Part shown: one piece after another, positions 11,010 to 21,614 of the stretch
How the letters are laid out: each line of letters begins with the position of its first letter
Position numbering within the stretch: the stretch's first letter is position 1
Source: an uncultured delta proteobacterium
GTDB lineage: Bacteria > Desulfobacterota > Syntrophobacteria > Syntrophobacterales > Syntrophobacteraceae
DNA: 64,000 nucleotides
Reading direction: 5' to 3'
Assembly (NCBI GenBank): GCA_963808625.1
Contig: CAWEHK010000017.1
Span: 46,435 to 110,434, forward strand
Position numbers and translations under genes: made by a program
The notes under the pieces: generated by a model
The model's input: only the letters and a program-made list of their open reading frames with translations
Database searches by the model: none
What the model was told of the DNA's origin: nothing

Positions 11010-14000
11010 TTACCGCTTGGCTCTTGCTCTTTTCGGTTTGTCCGTTTTCGGCTCTTCATAAAGCTCTTCCAGGTCGTGGGCGATGGCGATGGAGCGATCG
11101 GTCTTGCACTTCTCGCGAACCCGGTCCGGCCAGATGCTGTAGGCCAGGTGCGCCCAGTCGTATTCGCCGGCTTCGAGCTTCTCCCAGCACGCCTTCAAAT
11201 CCTTCTGCCACTTGGGCAGGCGGAACAGTTTCCAGAGCGGGCTGGCGGTGATCAGCACGCCGTCGTTCAGGTTCGGCCGGTAGGGAAGTTGGGCGACCCG
11301 CAAGAGCTCGTCACGGAATTCCTTGAGTTCCTGCTGCAGCTTCTGGTGCCTTTCAAGCTGGTCCCGCTGTTTGGCGGTTCCGCCTTGAAGCACTTCTCCT
11401 CGCAGGCGCTCGATGTCCTGGTTCACTTCTCAAGCTTGGGCTTCACGAAGTCGTTCACGCACTGGAACAGCGTCTGGTCGGTCAGGCGGTGGTAGTAGAT
11501 CCAGAGCGTATAGATCCGGAGCGGTGGAGAGCGGCCAGTAGATGGGCGCTTTCCGCCGGCTCTTGGAGTAGCGCTTCAGGTGGTCGGCGAAAGAAGCCGG
11601 CGGGCTTGCGGAAATAGTCGCGCAGGCTACACCCCGAGGATTTCGCAGGCTTCCTGCTCGATGGCCTGGGCCCGTTCACCCCAGAGAAGTTCGAGCACTT
11701 CGCGCACTCGGCGGACGATGTCCTCAGGGTGCGTCTGCGTTGCGTCGCCGTCCGAGTCATCGAGCAAGATGCCGCTCCAGGTGATCCGCAGCGGGTATTC
11801 TTCATCGGGAATGGTTGGTCTTGAGACCGACCTTCCGGGGGCAGGGTAATTGCGTTTGGCCGCGCCCGGAGCCATTCTTCGCTGACGATCCGGCCGGGTT
11901 TGGCTGGAAGGCCGTCGGGGGCCGCGAGCATACCTGGGGGCAAACGGGAAGTGCATGGGAGAAGGATCTGACAATTTGGGTGCGAGTAATGGATCTATAG
12001 CGATGCGGGCGTCCCCAACACCCGAAGACGATGCCTACTATTGTTGATATTTCGCTGTGTGCTGCAAACCACTTACATCCGAAGCCAAATCAACGTCACA
12101 TACAGGGGATTCGACCTTAGGCTGTCTTATCCGAAAAGAATCAATCTCTGCTCGCTTTGGCTGGAAAACTTTGTATGTACAGATTGATTCCTCATGACAA
12201 CACATCTCTGCTTCAAGGCATACTTCGCGTGATGAATCAACTAGACGATTGATGAATGATGCATTATCCAAAATTCCAATTCCTGATCGAATAATTGAAA
12301 ACAGCGATTGAGTCTCATCAAGACGCTGAGCATCTCGAAGCGTATCTATTGCCGACTCAACCAGTGCTCTACATTTCTCCATATTTGACAATGGATGGTA
12401 TGGTAAGAGGTTGACGTAGCCAGAATACTTATGTTGTCCAGAATATATTTATTGAGGGAGAATCTGACCAAAGGTGTATTGAGAAGGGCAAGTGCATCCA
12501 ATGCTCTATTTTTTTCTCTAATCGGAATTGATTGGCCTTCGACTTGGTGAAAATATGATTGCGTGGTAGGACATGAGTCAAAAACTCACCTCTCTTCCCC
12601 AAAGCAAATACCCGGCAGCAACTATACCCGATTCGGATTACAGTGGCGCTGTCTTTCGGAAGAGATTCAGGAGGGACATCAGCAAGGACGCAATCATGAA
12701 GTGTTGTGCAGTATGGTGCAAATCCCGACCCATTAAACATTCTCGCCACAAATCCCATAGACGTTGGGCTCGAAATTTCCCACCACAGGCGGAAGTGCTT
12801 ATCGGCTTTCAGCGCATGGCCTTGGTTTGCTTTCAGTCCAGAACGTTCCAGGGACGGACATTCCATAAAAGCAACTATCAAAAATTCGGGAAAGTCATAT
12901 CCGACGACAGCGTTTGGAAGATGTTGAAAGGATGAACCTTTTTCACAGAAAGTTCTGTCTTTTTCCAGTCCACTGCAAAAAGCACAAATTGAATCCAGAA
13001 TGTAGAGAACCTTGCTGTCAGCATCGACTTCCCTGGAATCGATAAAAACCCCTCTATTTGAAGGAGGTTGATGATTCAAAATGGAAGTTGTGACTTCGAC
13101 ATTAGCATCGAGCACTCCCCATCCAAGGTCTGCCATTGCGCTGAGGCGATTATCTAAATAATGCGGTCCTGCGAAAATCCTCATATGTGCTCTTAACGAT
13201 TGCCGTTCTGTCGTAAATAGCACCAACCGCTCCCTTGGGGTGAGACATTTGGTAACCTATTTCAAGGAAGGAACAGAGTATATTTTTGTTCCATGTCGGA
13301 TAGGTGCGGGCGAAATAATCTGATAAGTGAGAAGATACTTCACCAAACGGCGGATTCATCAGCACCACATCGTACTTCTTCCGACAGAGATCGATGAACG
13401 CAAATCCCTGCGCTGCATCTTCCGCAAAGAGCTTGCGTTGGTAGCCTTTGCCGTTAGCTAGCCTTTTCGGCAAAATGCTTCAATGCTTCCAGCACCCAGC
13501 CTTCTAGCTTGATCCCAGAATTCTTCCTTTTTGATTTCCTGCAGGGCCATGCGGAGTTCGAGCTGCCTCGGCGGTTGTCGGTCAGGCCACATGTGCAGCT
13601 GACCGACGGTTGTCCGCGCCGGACATCTTCCCATTCCTTCCTAACTCTCTCGATGGCACTCGCGAAGCTCTTCCTCGATCTTAAGGAGTGATCCCGCTTC
13701 GCCGGCAAGCTGCATTTTGTCCCAGACTTCCCGGACCAATTCGCCCACAATCCGCTGCTCGCCCCGGAAGGAGCCGATGAATTCCTCCAGGAGGTCCTTC
13801 TCTCCCGGCATGGGTTCGGCGCAAACGACATTGGCCCGGGTGATGCGTGGGCGCTCCGCAGGTTTCAGTCCCAGCTTCTGGTAGGAGTCGCTGCACTCTC
13901 AGCCAAAGCGAGAGGCCGGCAATCTGGCAGGCGCGCGGGTCGATATCGATGCCGTGGATGTTGTGGCGCAGGATGAGCTCCGGAACTCGCTTCAGGAAAT

Positions 14001-15096
14001 CTTCTTTGGTGCGGCAGACCTCGCGCAGATCCGGCATGAGCTCTGGATAGCGGTCCCAGGCTTCCTCATAGATGTGCTCATAGAGGTCAAAGGCATACAG
14101 GCCGAAGTGCATGGAGCCGCAGGCCGGGTCCAACATGCGGATCTCCCGCGGGTCTTTCAAAGGGCGATGTGCGATGTAAACGGGTTCCTTGAGCAGTTCT
14201 TCCTGCGTCTTCTCCGCCGTCTCTTCTTTATCGGCTGGGGGAGCTTCTTCACCTTCTGCCAGAAAGATCTCATTGGGCCGCCGGACCAGGTAGCGGCATT
14301 CCTCCTTGAGGCGCGTCTCGCCTTTGGTCATTTCATACCAGATGCGCCCCAGGGTGTTGTCGGTCAGGAATTCCACCACGTAGCGCGGGGTGAAAAACTG
14401 GTTGCGAACCGCCAGTTCCCGGCTGTTCCGGGGAGCCGCCGAAGCCTTGCGCATGGCTTCCCGCTCTTCCTTGGAGTTGAAATACTGGTAGATCCAGCCG
14501 ATGGCCTCGTCTTCTTTCCAGACCTCTTGCAGTTCGGCATCGTCCAGGACCGTCAATACTTCCAACAGCGCTGGCTCTCTCGGGAAGAGCAGGCCAAAGG
14601 GCGAGAAGTGATCGAAAAGCAGGCCAAGATCCAGGGATATTTCATCGAAGAGGCACTGCAGAAAAATCCGGTAGCGCTCGTATGCGTCGCCCAGGCTGCT
14701 CCCGGCCGTGGTGCAGTAGACTTGAAAACCGCGGGATTGGAAGCCGTTTCGAATGCATTCCTGCACAATGCCGCGCTCTTCGCACATGCGGAGCGCTGCC
14801 AGGCGATTCAAGACGGTGAACGCCTGCTCCCGGATAACGCGGTCGATGGCTTCCCGTGCGGCTTTCCTGTCTGTGGATTGCCCATCCGCCAGGTGGTCGA
14901 TGCGTTCGCGCAAGAGCGAGGCAATGGTGTGATGCTCATCGTCGAGGTGGGTCAGCGAGGTGAGGCCGGCCATTTCGCCGGTCGGCTGTATCCCGTAGAG
15001 ACTCTGCAGCTGCCCGGTGAATTCGTCGGTCAGGATGCGGCGGCAGGAGGCCACCATCTTTTGCAGCTTATTGCGAGTTGAAGAGTCAAATGGCAT
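11010..15096 (-). CDS. pglX: BREX PglX adenine DNA methyltransferase (several frameshifts)
   Basis: EQAFTVLNRLAALRMCE, IGWIYQYF, RNQFFTPRYVVEFLTDNTLGR, LDPACGSMHF (motif I), YDVVLMNPPF (motif IV), and C-terminal YRPNLNDGVLITASPLW...GEYDWAHLA. Confidence 0.92.
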
Positions 15097-15168
15097 ATGG
15101 GATCTTCTCCGTTCTCTCTTGGATTCCTGATCATTGGACTCGCGCGAGTCATGGTCTGAGTGTCTCTT

Positions 15169-15252
15169 ACCGCAGAGATCAGCAGATTGGACGCCTGATG
15201 ATAAATCCCATATACATACATTCTCTGCGCATCTCAGCGTTCTCTGGCGGTG
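15169..15252. repeat. Empty ACCGCAGAG-type inverted-repeat element between brxC and pglX
   Basis: ACCGCAGAGATCAGCAGA ... CTCTGCGCATCTCAGCGTTCTCTGGCGGT; same family as 18981 and 33676. Confidence 0.65.
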
Positions 15253-15326
15253 AGTTCATGTCTTTCCACTTCCTGCTGGTCGGTCTCGCGCGTAAACTCA
15301 ATTACTCTTCTTACGGTATGGCCCGT

Positions 15327-18300
15327 TCAGGCGCCATTTTCCTCTGCTATTTTCCACTCGACTCTAATTGTAGTTGATTTCCCCAGTTTCTTCTTGAGGT
15401 TTGACAACTCGCGAATGATGGCGTCAATCTCATCGGCAGTGGAAAACACCACAGGCAAAGCCGGGAAGGGGATCAAGAGCTCCGTAGGCGTCTCAACCCC
15501 CTCTTCGCCGCCGTTGGTTGTTATGCTCGTTTGGATTTCATTTTCAATAAGCTCCAATTGCTGCATCAGGCTGTAATGATCGTTGATCACTTTCTGCATG
15601 CCGGCAAGATCGGCTGCCGCTTCAATCTTTAAGGCATCCAACCGGCCGGCGATGCGAAGACGGTCCTCCCCGCTCAACTGCCCCCATTCATCCGCCTGCT
15701 GGAGTCGTTCCTTTTCCTTCTCAAGCCATTCCTGCTCTTTTTGCAGGAGTTTTGATGCCAGCTGCTTGATTTTGCTGTCGAGCGCCGTCAGGTGGGTCTG
15801 AAACTCAGGGATGGCATCAAAAAAGTCTTTTCGTTCCACGAGTTCCTGCAGACTCAGGCGGGCCATGTCGGTTTCATCGATCAACTGGCCGGGAATCCCG
15901 AAGGCGGGCAGCGACGGGATCGCAACGAGGTATCGGTTGACTTTCCGAATGATGGCTTCAATCCCGTTATCAAAGGCCTTCTTCACCTTGCTCGCCCAGA
16001 TCAGGTTGTCATGGAGTGGGCAGGCCTCGCCTCCCAGCCTGTGGGTGGCATCCGAGGCATCCCCTTTCAGGATTTCGGTAATCCTGTCCTGAACACTCTG
16101 CGCGATATCGACGCCAGGGAGCTCCAGATTCTTGAGCTGAGCACAAAGGGGCGCAAAGTCCTGTTGAAAATCCGGGAAGTGCCTCATGACCCCCTTGCTG
16201 ATATCTTCCTCCAGGGGCAGGACGTTTTCCCCGGTCAGCTCCAGCAGCCTTTCCGATGCCCGCAGCCGCATTTCGGGTGAAGGTTTGCCTTCGGACCGCA
16301 AGGCGACGCCGATCTTATTGAAGCTCGTGGTGTTGCTCAGGACCTGGACAGCGGTGTCGCCCCGGACGGTGATATCCTGGCCGCTGACTCGCAGCTTGAT
16401 CTCCCCGCCAACCAGAAGGGCGGCCACAAGATAGCGCGTGGTGTCCTTGGACCAGCCATAAGGCGAGGCATAGAAGTCGTCCAGAATTTTCTTGCCGTCC
16501 GTCTGGCCGTACTTGTCGAGATAGTCTTTGATCGAAACGAGCGCCTTGTGCCCGAGATCGATCCCTGTGGTCTTTCCGATCTTCTTCACCAGCTTCAGCG
16601 GGTCGTCTTTGGATGCGATCTTGTCCAGATGATCCGTCTTGAGAAAGCGTTCGGCGACAGCAGATTCCACCTGGACAGGGGCTTCGGAATATTTTTCAAA
16701 TACGTCCTCGGCGACTTTTTTCAGGAATTTTTTGGCGGCTTCCTTGAGCTCGGAGTCCAGTTCGGAAACCGGTTTGGGTTGCCCGCGAAAGATGAATGAG
16801 CCTTTGGAGAGTCCCTTGACCAGAAGGGTTCCGAGCTCCGTAGTCTTGGTCTCGGATCGTTGAAGCTGACCGTTGAGGTAGTCTGCAACCTCTTTTTCGG
16901 CGGCCTTGTTGCGATACTGATTGTATATCGATCGGCATCTGAAGATTTCGATGAGGGTGTCATCCACTTCGGGATCTTCTCGCCCGAGGAGATAGATTAT
17001 CTTGCGATTGGCGCCCTGTTGGGATTCCAGGACGGCATTCCGGCGCCGCCCTTCATAAGTCGCATCCGAAATGAACTCAAGGTGCGTTTGGATCTCTTCT
17101 TTGTCACCCAGAAGGGAGACCGTCAATCCATTGCTCACGATTTTGATCCCGCAGTTGACGGTCCGGGTGCCCGCAAGCTGGGTGTTGGGCAGAGGCGTGA
17201 ACATCTCCCGCAATTTGGCATTGAGGATGTTGCGAAGGTCAATCGCTCCGGGAATGATCTTGCGGCGCTCGTTTTCCAGGATAGTGACCGCCTCGCTCAT
17301 GAACCGGAGGCTCCCGTCCACTTCGCTGAGAGGGATGGCCTGCTCCTTCAGGAGATCCTCCACGGCTTCTTTGACTTGAGGAAGCAGGGAAGCGCTCTCC
17401 ACCGAAGGATGCATCAACGCAGCCAGGTTTTCCCGGCTGACCGGGAAATCTTCCAGCACTTGCAGAACGGCAATCGATTTCGCAGCGTGAGCATGGAGAG
17501 AGTCTGCGCCAAAAATGGTCTGCACCTTTTCCACGCCCTCAACGATGTGGCGGAACGACCGCTGGATGTCTCTGCGCAGGGTGTCATAGAGCACCACCGT
17601 GGTCGCCAAAGTCCCGGTTTCCTGATCGGCCAGCAGGGGTTCTCCGGGCCGGACGCCGCTCTGGTCCACCAGAACGTCCTGGACGACCTTGATGGCGGAT
17701 CGCAGCCCAATGCCGCCGCTCGTTTTGGCGAGGCGGCTCAGGAGCTCCAGGAGGATGTCGAAATGCTGCGGGAGAAAAGGATAGAGATCGCAAAAGGTCT
17801 TTTGTTCCAGATCGGATTTGTAGTAGCGGGTGTTCGCCAGTTGGGTCGCATAGCGCAGGACATGACCCTTGGAATCAAAAAGAGCCTTCAGCGTGTCCTG
17901 GCCCTGTTTTGATTTGCCGAGGAGGCGCTTGATGCAGATTTCCTTGATGTCACTGGCTTCCAGATCAATAGGAACGGGAAACCGGTCTTTGAGCTTGAAG
18001 AGCTTGGCCGTGTTCATGTGTGCCCGCGGATCATCTTCCGTCAGCGTTTGCTGAGCGGTGGCAATGATCCAGGCGTGGCCCCCGCCGATATTTCTGATGT
18101 TCTTGGCGAGCCCATCCAGGTTCAAAATCAGCGCATCACGAGCCATCACATACTGGCCCACCTCATCGAGGATGAAGAGGATGTTTTGCTTCCCGGAACG
18201 GCGGCGAATCAGGTCGATCATGCTCCGAACCCGATCATCTTCTTTTTCGGCCTCATCCACGGTGATTTCGTTGAAGGCTTTCGCATCGGGCCAGATGTCG

Positions 18301-18956
18301 GGGTAGAACTCCGAAGCCAGGCGGGAAGCAAACGTTTTAACCACGAGGGGTTGATTGTGGACCTCCTGCCAGGACGCTCCCTTGGCGAGCTCGGCGATTC
18401 TCGCCTCAAACTGCGCCATCTTGCCGTCTTTTTCCAGCATGTATTCGAGGTAAGCGATTTTCTTGTCGCGCGAATAACCGGCCCACTGCATGACTTTGGA
18501 ATAGAGTACACTCGAGATTTCCATCATAGCGGCGCCGGCAAGCTGTTCGCTGGCGAGATCGAGCATGACCACCGCCGTGGAGTGCTTCTTGGCAACCGTG
18601 GCAATTCGTGCCCGCAGGGTTTGCGACGTCAGGCGACTTTGCATCCACTCCAGGAAGGGCTTGCCGTCGAGCGTTCTGCCGGGGTCCAGGGCAAACCCCA
18701 GATACTTGGTGAAAGAACTCTTCCCGGAACCGTAAAAGCCGGACACCCACACCCCGATTTCGTGGCCTCCCCCTCCGCCCATGCCTTCATCGAGCATATC
18801 GAGGAGCCGTTCGAGACTGGTTTCAATGCTCTCGGTGGCGACGTACTCTGTGATTTCCTGTCGCAGGCGCTCGGGCTCGGTCGAATCAAAGGTGATGACT
18901 TTTTCGATCCGGCGATCGATGTTTTTACTGGGATCAAAGAGCTCCCGAATATACAT
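15327..18956 (-). CDS. brxC: BREX P-loop ATPase BrxC
   Basis: Intact 1209 aa. GVWVSGFYGSGKSSF (Walker A), FILDEVGQY (Walker B), KDRF, YPFLP and PYGWS motifs. Confidence 0.95.
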   Translation of the reverse strand: MYIRELFDPSKNIDRRIEKVITFDSTEPERLRQEITEYVATESIETSLERLLDMLDEGMGGGGGHEIGVWVSGFYGSGKSSFTKYLGFALDPGRTLDGKPFLEWMQSRLTSQTLRARIATVAKKHSTAVVMLDLASEQLAGAAMMEISSVLYSKVMQWAGYSRDKKIAYLEYMLEKDGKMAQFEARIAELAKGASWQEVHNQPLVVKTFASRLASEFYPDIWPDAKAFNEITVDEAEKEDDRVRSMIDLIRRRSGKQNILFILDEVGQYVMARDALILNLDGLAKNIRNIGGGHAWIIATAQQTLTEDDPRAHMNTAKLFKLKDRFPVPIDLEASDIKEICIKRLLGKSKQGQDTLKALFDSKGHVLRYATQLANTRYYKSDLEQKTFCDLYPFLPQHFDILLELLSRLAKTSGGIGLRSAIKVVQDVLVDQSGVRPGEPLLADQETGTLATTVVLYDTLRRDIQRSFRHIVEGVEKVQTIFGADSLHAHAAKSIAVLQVLEDFPVSRENLAALMHPSVESASLLPQVKEAVEDLLKEQAIPLSEVDGSLRFMSEAVTILENERRKIIPGAIDLRNILNAKLREMFTPLPNTQLAGTRTVNCGIKIVSNGLTVSLLGDKEEIQTHLEFISDATYEGRRRNAVLESQQGANRKIIYLLGREDPEVDDTLIEIFRCRSIYNQYRNKAAEKEVADYLNGQLQRSETKTTELGTLLVKGLSKGSFIFRGQPKPVSELDSELKEAAKKFLKKVAEDVFEKYSEAPVQVESAVAERFLKTDHLDKIASKDDPLKLVKKIGKTTGIDLGHKALVSIKDYLDKYGQTDGKKILDDFYASPYGWSKDTTRYLVAALLVGGEIKLRVSGQDITVRGDTAVQVLSNTTSFNKIGVALRSEGKPSPEMRLRASERLLELTGENVLPLEEDISKGVMRHFPDFQQDFAPLCAQLKNLELPGVDIAQSVQDRITEILKGDASDATHRLGGEACPLHDNLIWASKVKKAFDNGIEAIIRKVNRYLVAIPSLPAFGIPGQLIDETDMARLSLQELVERKDFFDAIPEFQTHLTALDSKIKQLASKLLQKEQEWLEKEKERLQQADEWGQLSGEDRLRIAGRLDALKIEAAADLAGMQKVINDHYSLMQQLELIENEIQTSITTNGGEEGVETPTELLIPFPALPVVFSTADEIDAIIRELSNLKKKLGKSTTIRVEWKIAEENGA

Positions 18957-18980
18957 GGTGAGTTTCCTCTCCTCTTTTTT

Positions 18981-19260
18981 ACCGCAGAGAGCGCAGAGAA
19001 CGCAGAGTTTAGTCTTCTTTCAGATTGTTCACCAATCGCCGTAGTCCAGCCGAATGCTGTACGCCAGTGACTTTATTCAAGTAGAGCTTTCTGTCCTCTC
19101 CACTTTGCCCTCTGCTCAACTCATAGCAAGACTGCCTCATAGGTCGACTCAAGCAAACCTGGACCGAGCTCCCGATGAACGGCTATAGCCGCCCCAATGA
19201 TGGACTCAGTACTTTATTCAAGTCTCCTGTCATCTCTGCGTCCTCTGCGAGCTCTGCGGT
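18981..19260. mobile_element. Inverted-repeat element carrying a GxxExxY gene relic
   Basis: Left arm ACCGCAGAGAGCGCAGAGAACGCAGAG (18981-19007); right arm CTCTGCGTCCTCTGCGAGCTCTGCGGT (19234-19260). Confidence 0.7.
19009..19221 (-). pseudogene. GxxExxY family protein, internally deleted and frameshifted
   Basis: Manual translation gives [28 protein letters not shown] (19210-19127) and C-terminal GLRRLVNNLKED*. Missing from the ORF track. Confidence 0.85.
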
Positions 19261-19281
19261 GAATTTCAAGCACGTTTTCCG

Positions 19282-19857
19282 CTAACCGCCAATGTGGATA
19301 GAGCGGTAATTGCCGTCTTCCGGATAAATCCCCAAGAACTTCAATGTCGATTTCCCCGTTCGCTTGCCGGGGTAGAGAAAAACCGTTGGGACTTTGAAAC
19401 GGCCCTGAAGCTTCTGCTCAATGGTTCCGACCCGCAGGTATGGGTGGAGAGCCTCAAGGTCCGTCACCAAAAGAAGCGCATGCGGCTGGCCGCTTAGCTC
19501 TTCCAGCTTCTCCTGGAGCGCCATCTTGAGCGAGTCGCCTTCCATCAATGCTTCACGCAGTGTGGCATTGATGGCTTCAAAATCCAGGGGAGTTTCAGCC
19601 TCACTTTCCAGCCAGATGTCACGAAATTCATGATTGCCGAAAATTTGGTGCACGGCTTCTGCCATGGAAAACTTGTCAACCGCCCAGCCATCAAGCTTGA
19701 GCCTTGCTGTCCATTGCTTCAACCGGCGCTTGACCTCCAGCATTTCTTCCGGTCGAAATACGAGGTAGAAAACCGGGTCGTCCCCGGTATTGCTGAGTGA
19801 TCTCCCGGAGTGGAGCCGCTCCCGCAATTCCTCAAAGCTCGCTTGCAGCGATGGCAT
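19282..19857 (-). CDS. brxB: BREX BrxB (DUF1788)
   Basis: DPVFYLVFRP...LLLVTDLEALHPYLRVGTIE...VFLYPG...LKFLGIYPEDGNYRS; positioned between brxA and brxC. Confidence 0.88.
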   Translation of the reverse strand: MPSLQASFEELRERLHSGRSLSNTGDDPVFYLVFRPEEMLEVKRRLKQWTARLKLDGWAVDKFSMAEAVHQIFGNHEFRDIWLESEAETPLDFEAINATLREALMEGDSLKMALQEKLEELSGQPHALLLVTDLEALHPYLRVGTIEQKLQGRFKVPTVFLYPGKRTGKSTLKFLGIYPEDGNYRSIHIGG

Positions 19858-20626
19858 CGAGACATTCCTCCATGGATTTGTACTTCCAGGCGATTCTCAG
19901 AAGCTCACCGGAGTACTGAACGATGAAATGGCCTGCAAAGGAGACCTTCTCCAGTTCACGAACTACATTGTGCCTCTCTATCCCAAAGAGAGCCCAATCG
20001 GGGTGCTCCATGACAGCGCTATCTCCGAGCCCCCGGAAGTGGAGTTCATGAGAGAGATAAAGCGTAGTGATAGGTGTAATCACGAAGGGCAAGATCTCCC
20101 TTTCTCCTTTGTGAATCGGTGTCACCAGATGAAAATCCTCGAGGCAGCCAAGGAGGTATCCTGCCACTCTGAAGTTCATGGTAGGGGACCAGCGGGGTGC
20201 AATACATCCCTTGTTGACCGCCGATTCAAGGAAATCCAGCGCGTCCTCCTTTTTTAGATGGGTTGCCCCGGAAGCGTACTTATGCCAGTAAACTTCTCGT
20301 ATGAAGTCGTATAAAACCAGGTTGGCTCTAGCCGTGTAAATGAGAAATATTTGACCCAGCTGCTTTGTGGGAACTGAATGCGAGAGCAAGCGTTTCAGGT
20401 AAAGCGCGGGGCGACCGTCATCAACCAGGTACCGAGCGGCGAAGGCGCGATTCACCAGGTCTTTGGTCCTCAATGCGGTTGCCTTGGAAAGAACGCCCTT
20501 TTTCAATACCTCCGACACCAGTTCAGACGCGCCCATATGAGGCCGCCAGATATCGAATATCGCCAGGGTTTCGGGAATCAATCCCTGGCCCTTGGCTAAT
20601 GCCGTCGTGTAGACCTTTCTCCCCAT
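19832..20626 (-). CDS. brxA: BREX BrxA (DUF1819)
   Basis: YTTALAKGQGLIPETL, YTARANLVLYDFIREVYW, HPDWALFG; overlaps the brxB start. Confidence 0.88.
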   Translation of the reverse strand: MGRKVYTTALAKGQGLIPETLAIFDIWRPHMGASELVSEVLKKGVLSKATALRTKDLVNRAFAARYLVDDGRPALYLKRLLSHSVPTKQLGQIFLIYTARANLVLYDFIREVYWHKYASGATHLKKEDALDFLESAVNKGCIAPRWSPTMNFRVAGYLLGCLEDFHLVTPIHKGEREILPFVITPITTLYLSHELHFRGLGDSAVMEHPDWALFGIERHNVVRELEKVSFAGHFIVQYSGELLRIAWKYKSMEECLDAIAASEL

Positions 20627-20627
20627 G

Positions 20628-21119
20628 CTATTCCATCGTAAGATACGGGAAGGTCTGTTTTCCCGAGCCGAAAGCATCGAAATAATGCTTGGCCATCTCT
20701 TCGATCGTGAAGGTGCTCAAGAGGTTCTTCAGCGTTCCCACTTGAACCGGTCCTTCCGGGGCATCGATGGTGCTCACGGCCAGTTGTTGGAGAATGCCAA
20801 GAGCATTATCCTTCGTTTCAATGCCGGCCAAAAACCCTGCCGGGTCAGCATTGAGCAACTCCAGATGGACTTTTTCCTCCACTGTCGCAGGCAGCCGAAA
20901 CAGGTGAAAAACCCGGCCCCTGCCAATGCGCCGGTCATGAAGTTGCTTGGCCGCTTCGGTTACTGAATGAACACCGGCTGAAAAAGCGGAACGAGGGAAG
21001 TTGATCTCCAGGAATTTCTGTCCGGTCTTGCCCAGAAAGGAAGTATCCCACCAGTTGAACTGGTCCTTTTCCCCCAGATAACCCACAAGGACGCGCAATT
21101 GCAGCAATTTGTCAATCAA
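20628..21119 (-). CDS. brxE: BrxE family protein
   Basis: LRVLVGYLGEKDQFNWWDTSFL...FPRS...AAKQLHD.RIG.G.VFHLFRLP..VEE...FPY; TTG start after a GGAGG Shine-Dalgarno. Confidence 0.85.
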   Translation of the reverse strand: MIDKLLQLRVLVGYLGEKDQFNWWDTSFLGKTGQKFLEINFPRSAFSAGVHSVTEAAKQLHDRRIGRGRVFHLFRLPATVEEKVHLELLNADPAGFLAGIETKDNALGILQQLAVSTIDAPEGPVQVGTLKNLLSTFTIEEMAKHYFDAFGSGKQTFPYLTME

Positions 21120-21339
21120 CCTGAATCACCTCCGACATCGAATGTCATCATTGCCATTTTGCCTCGCCAGCAATCGCTATAGGTTCTTCCGCAAGCTCAA
21201 ATGCTGGGTTTTGTCCCGCATATTAAGCCCATACCATATTGTACGAATCTTTATCGAGCAAAGTGACTTTGACCATTTCAGCTTCCCCTCGGATGGCGAC
21301 ATTCATCACCGCCAGTCGCCAGGCGGTATTCGTGACCAA

Positions 21340-21430
21340 GGTTGCAGAACTCTCCATCCGATTTAGCGCGTCGCTCGTTAAAGGCATCGGAGACGTGTTT
21401 CAGTAAGATGAGGCCGAGAACGGCAAGCTC
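21340..21430 (-). pseudogene. Fragment of the type I restriction-modification HsdM N-terminal domain
   Basis: AVLGLILLKHVSDAFNERRAK matches the HsdM-like vLGLIFLKYiSDaF.err motif; no continuation. Confidence 0.6.
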
Positions 21431-21614
21431 AATGATAGCAGTTTTGAGGCATAAGTTCACGCTTTAAGACGAAAACCAGGTTAACCCATGAGGGCATATC
21501 AGGGCTCCCTGCCGGGTCACTAATTGGAGCACGAAAGGGGTTGCTATCTGACCATTTATCATTACAATTACGAGGCTTAAAATTTGGTTGCACCAGCTCA
21601 AGTAAGGAAACGAT

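Noticed and set aside
13954..19070. Long plus-strand ORFs (350-375 aa) opposite pglX and brxC, and similar antisense ORFs elsewhere
   Set aside because: Antisense shadows typical of high-GC coding DNA, with no recognisable motifs.
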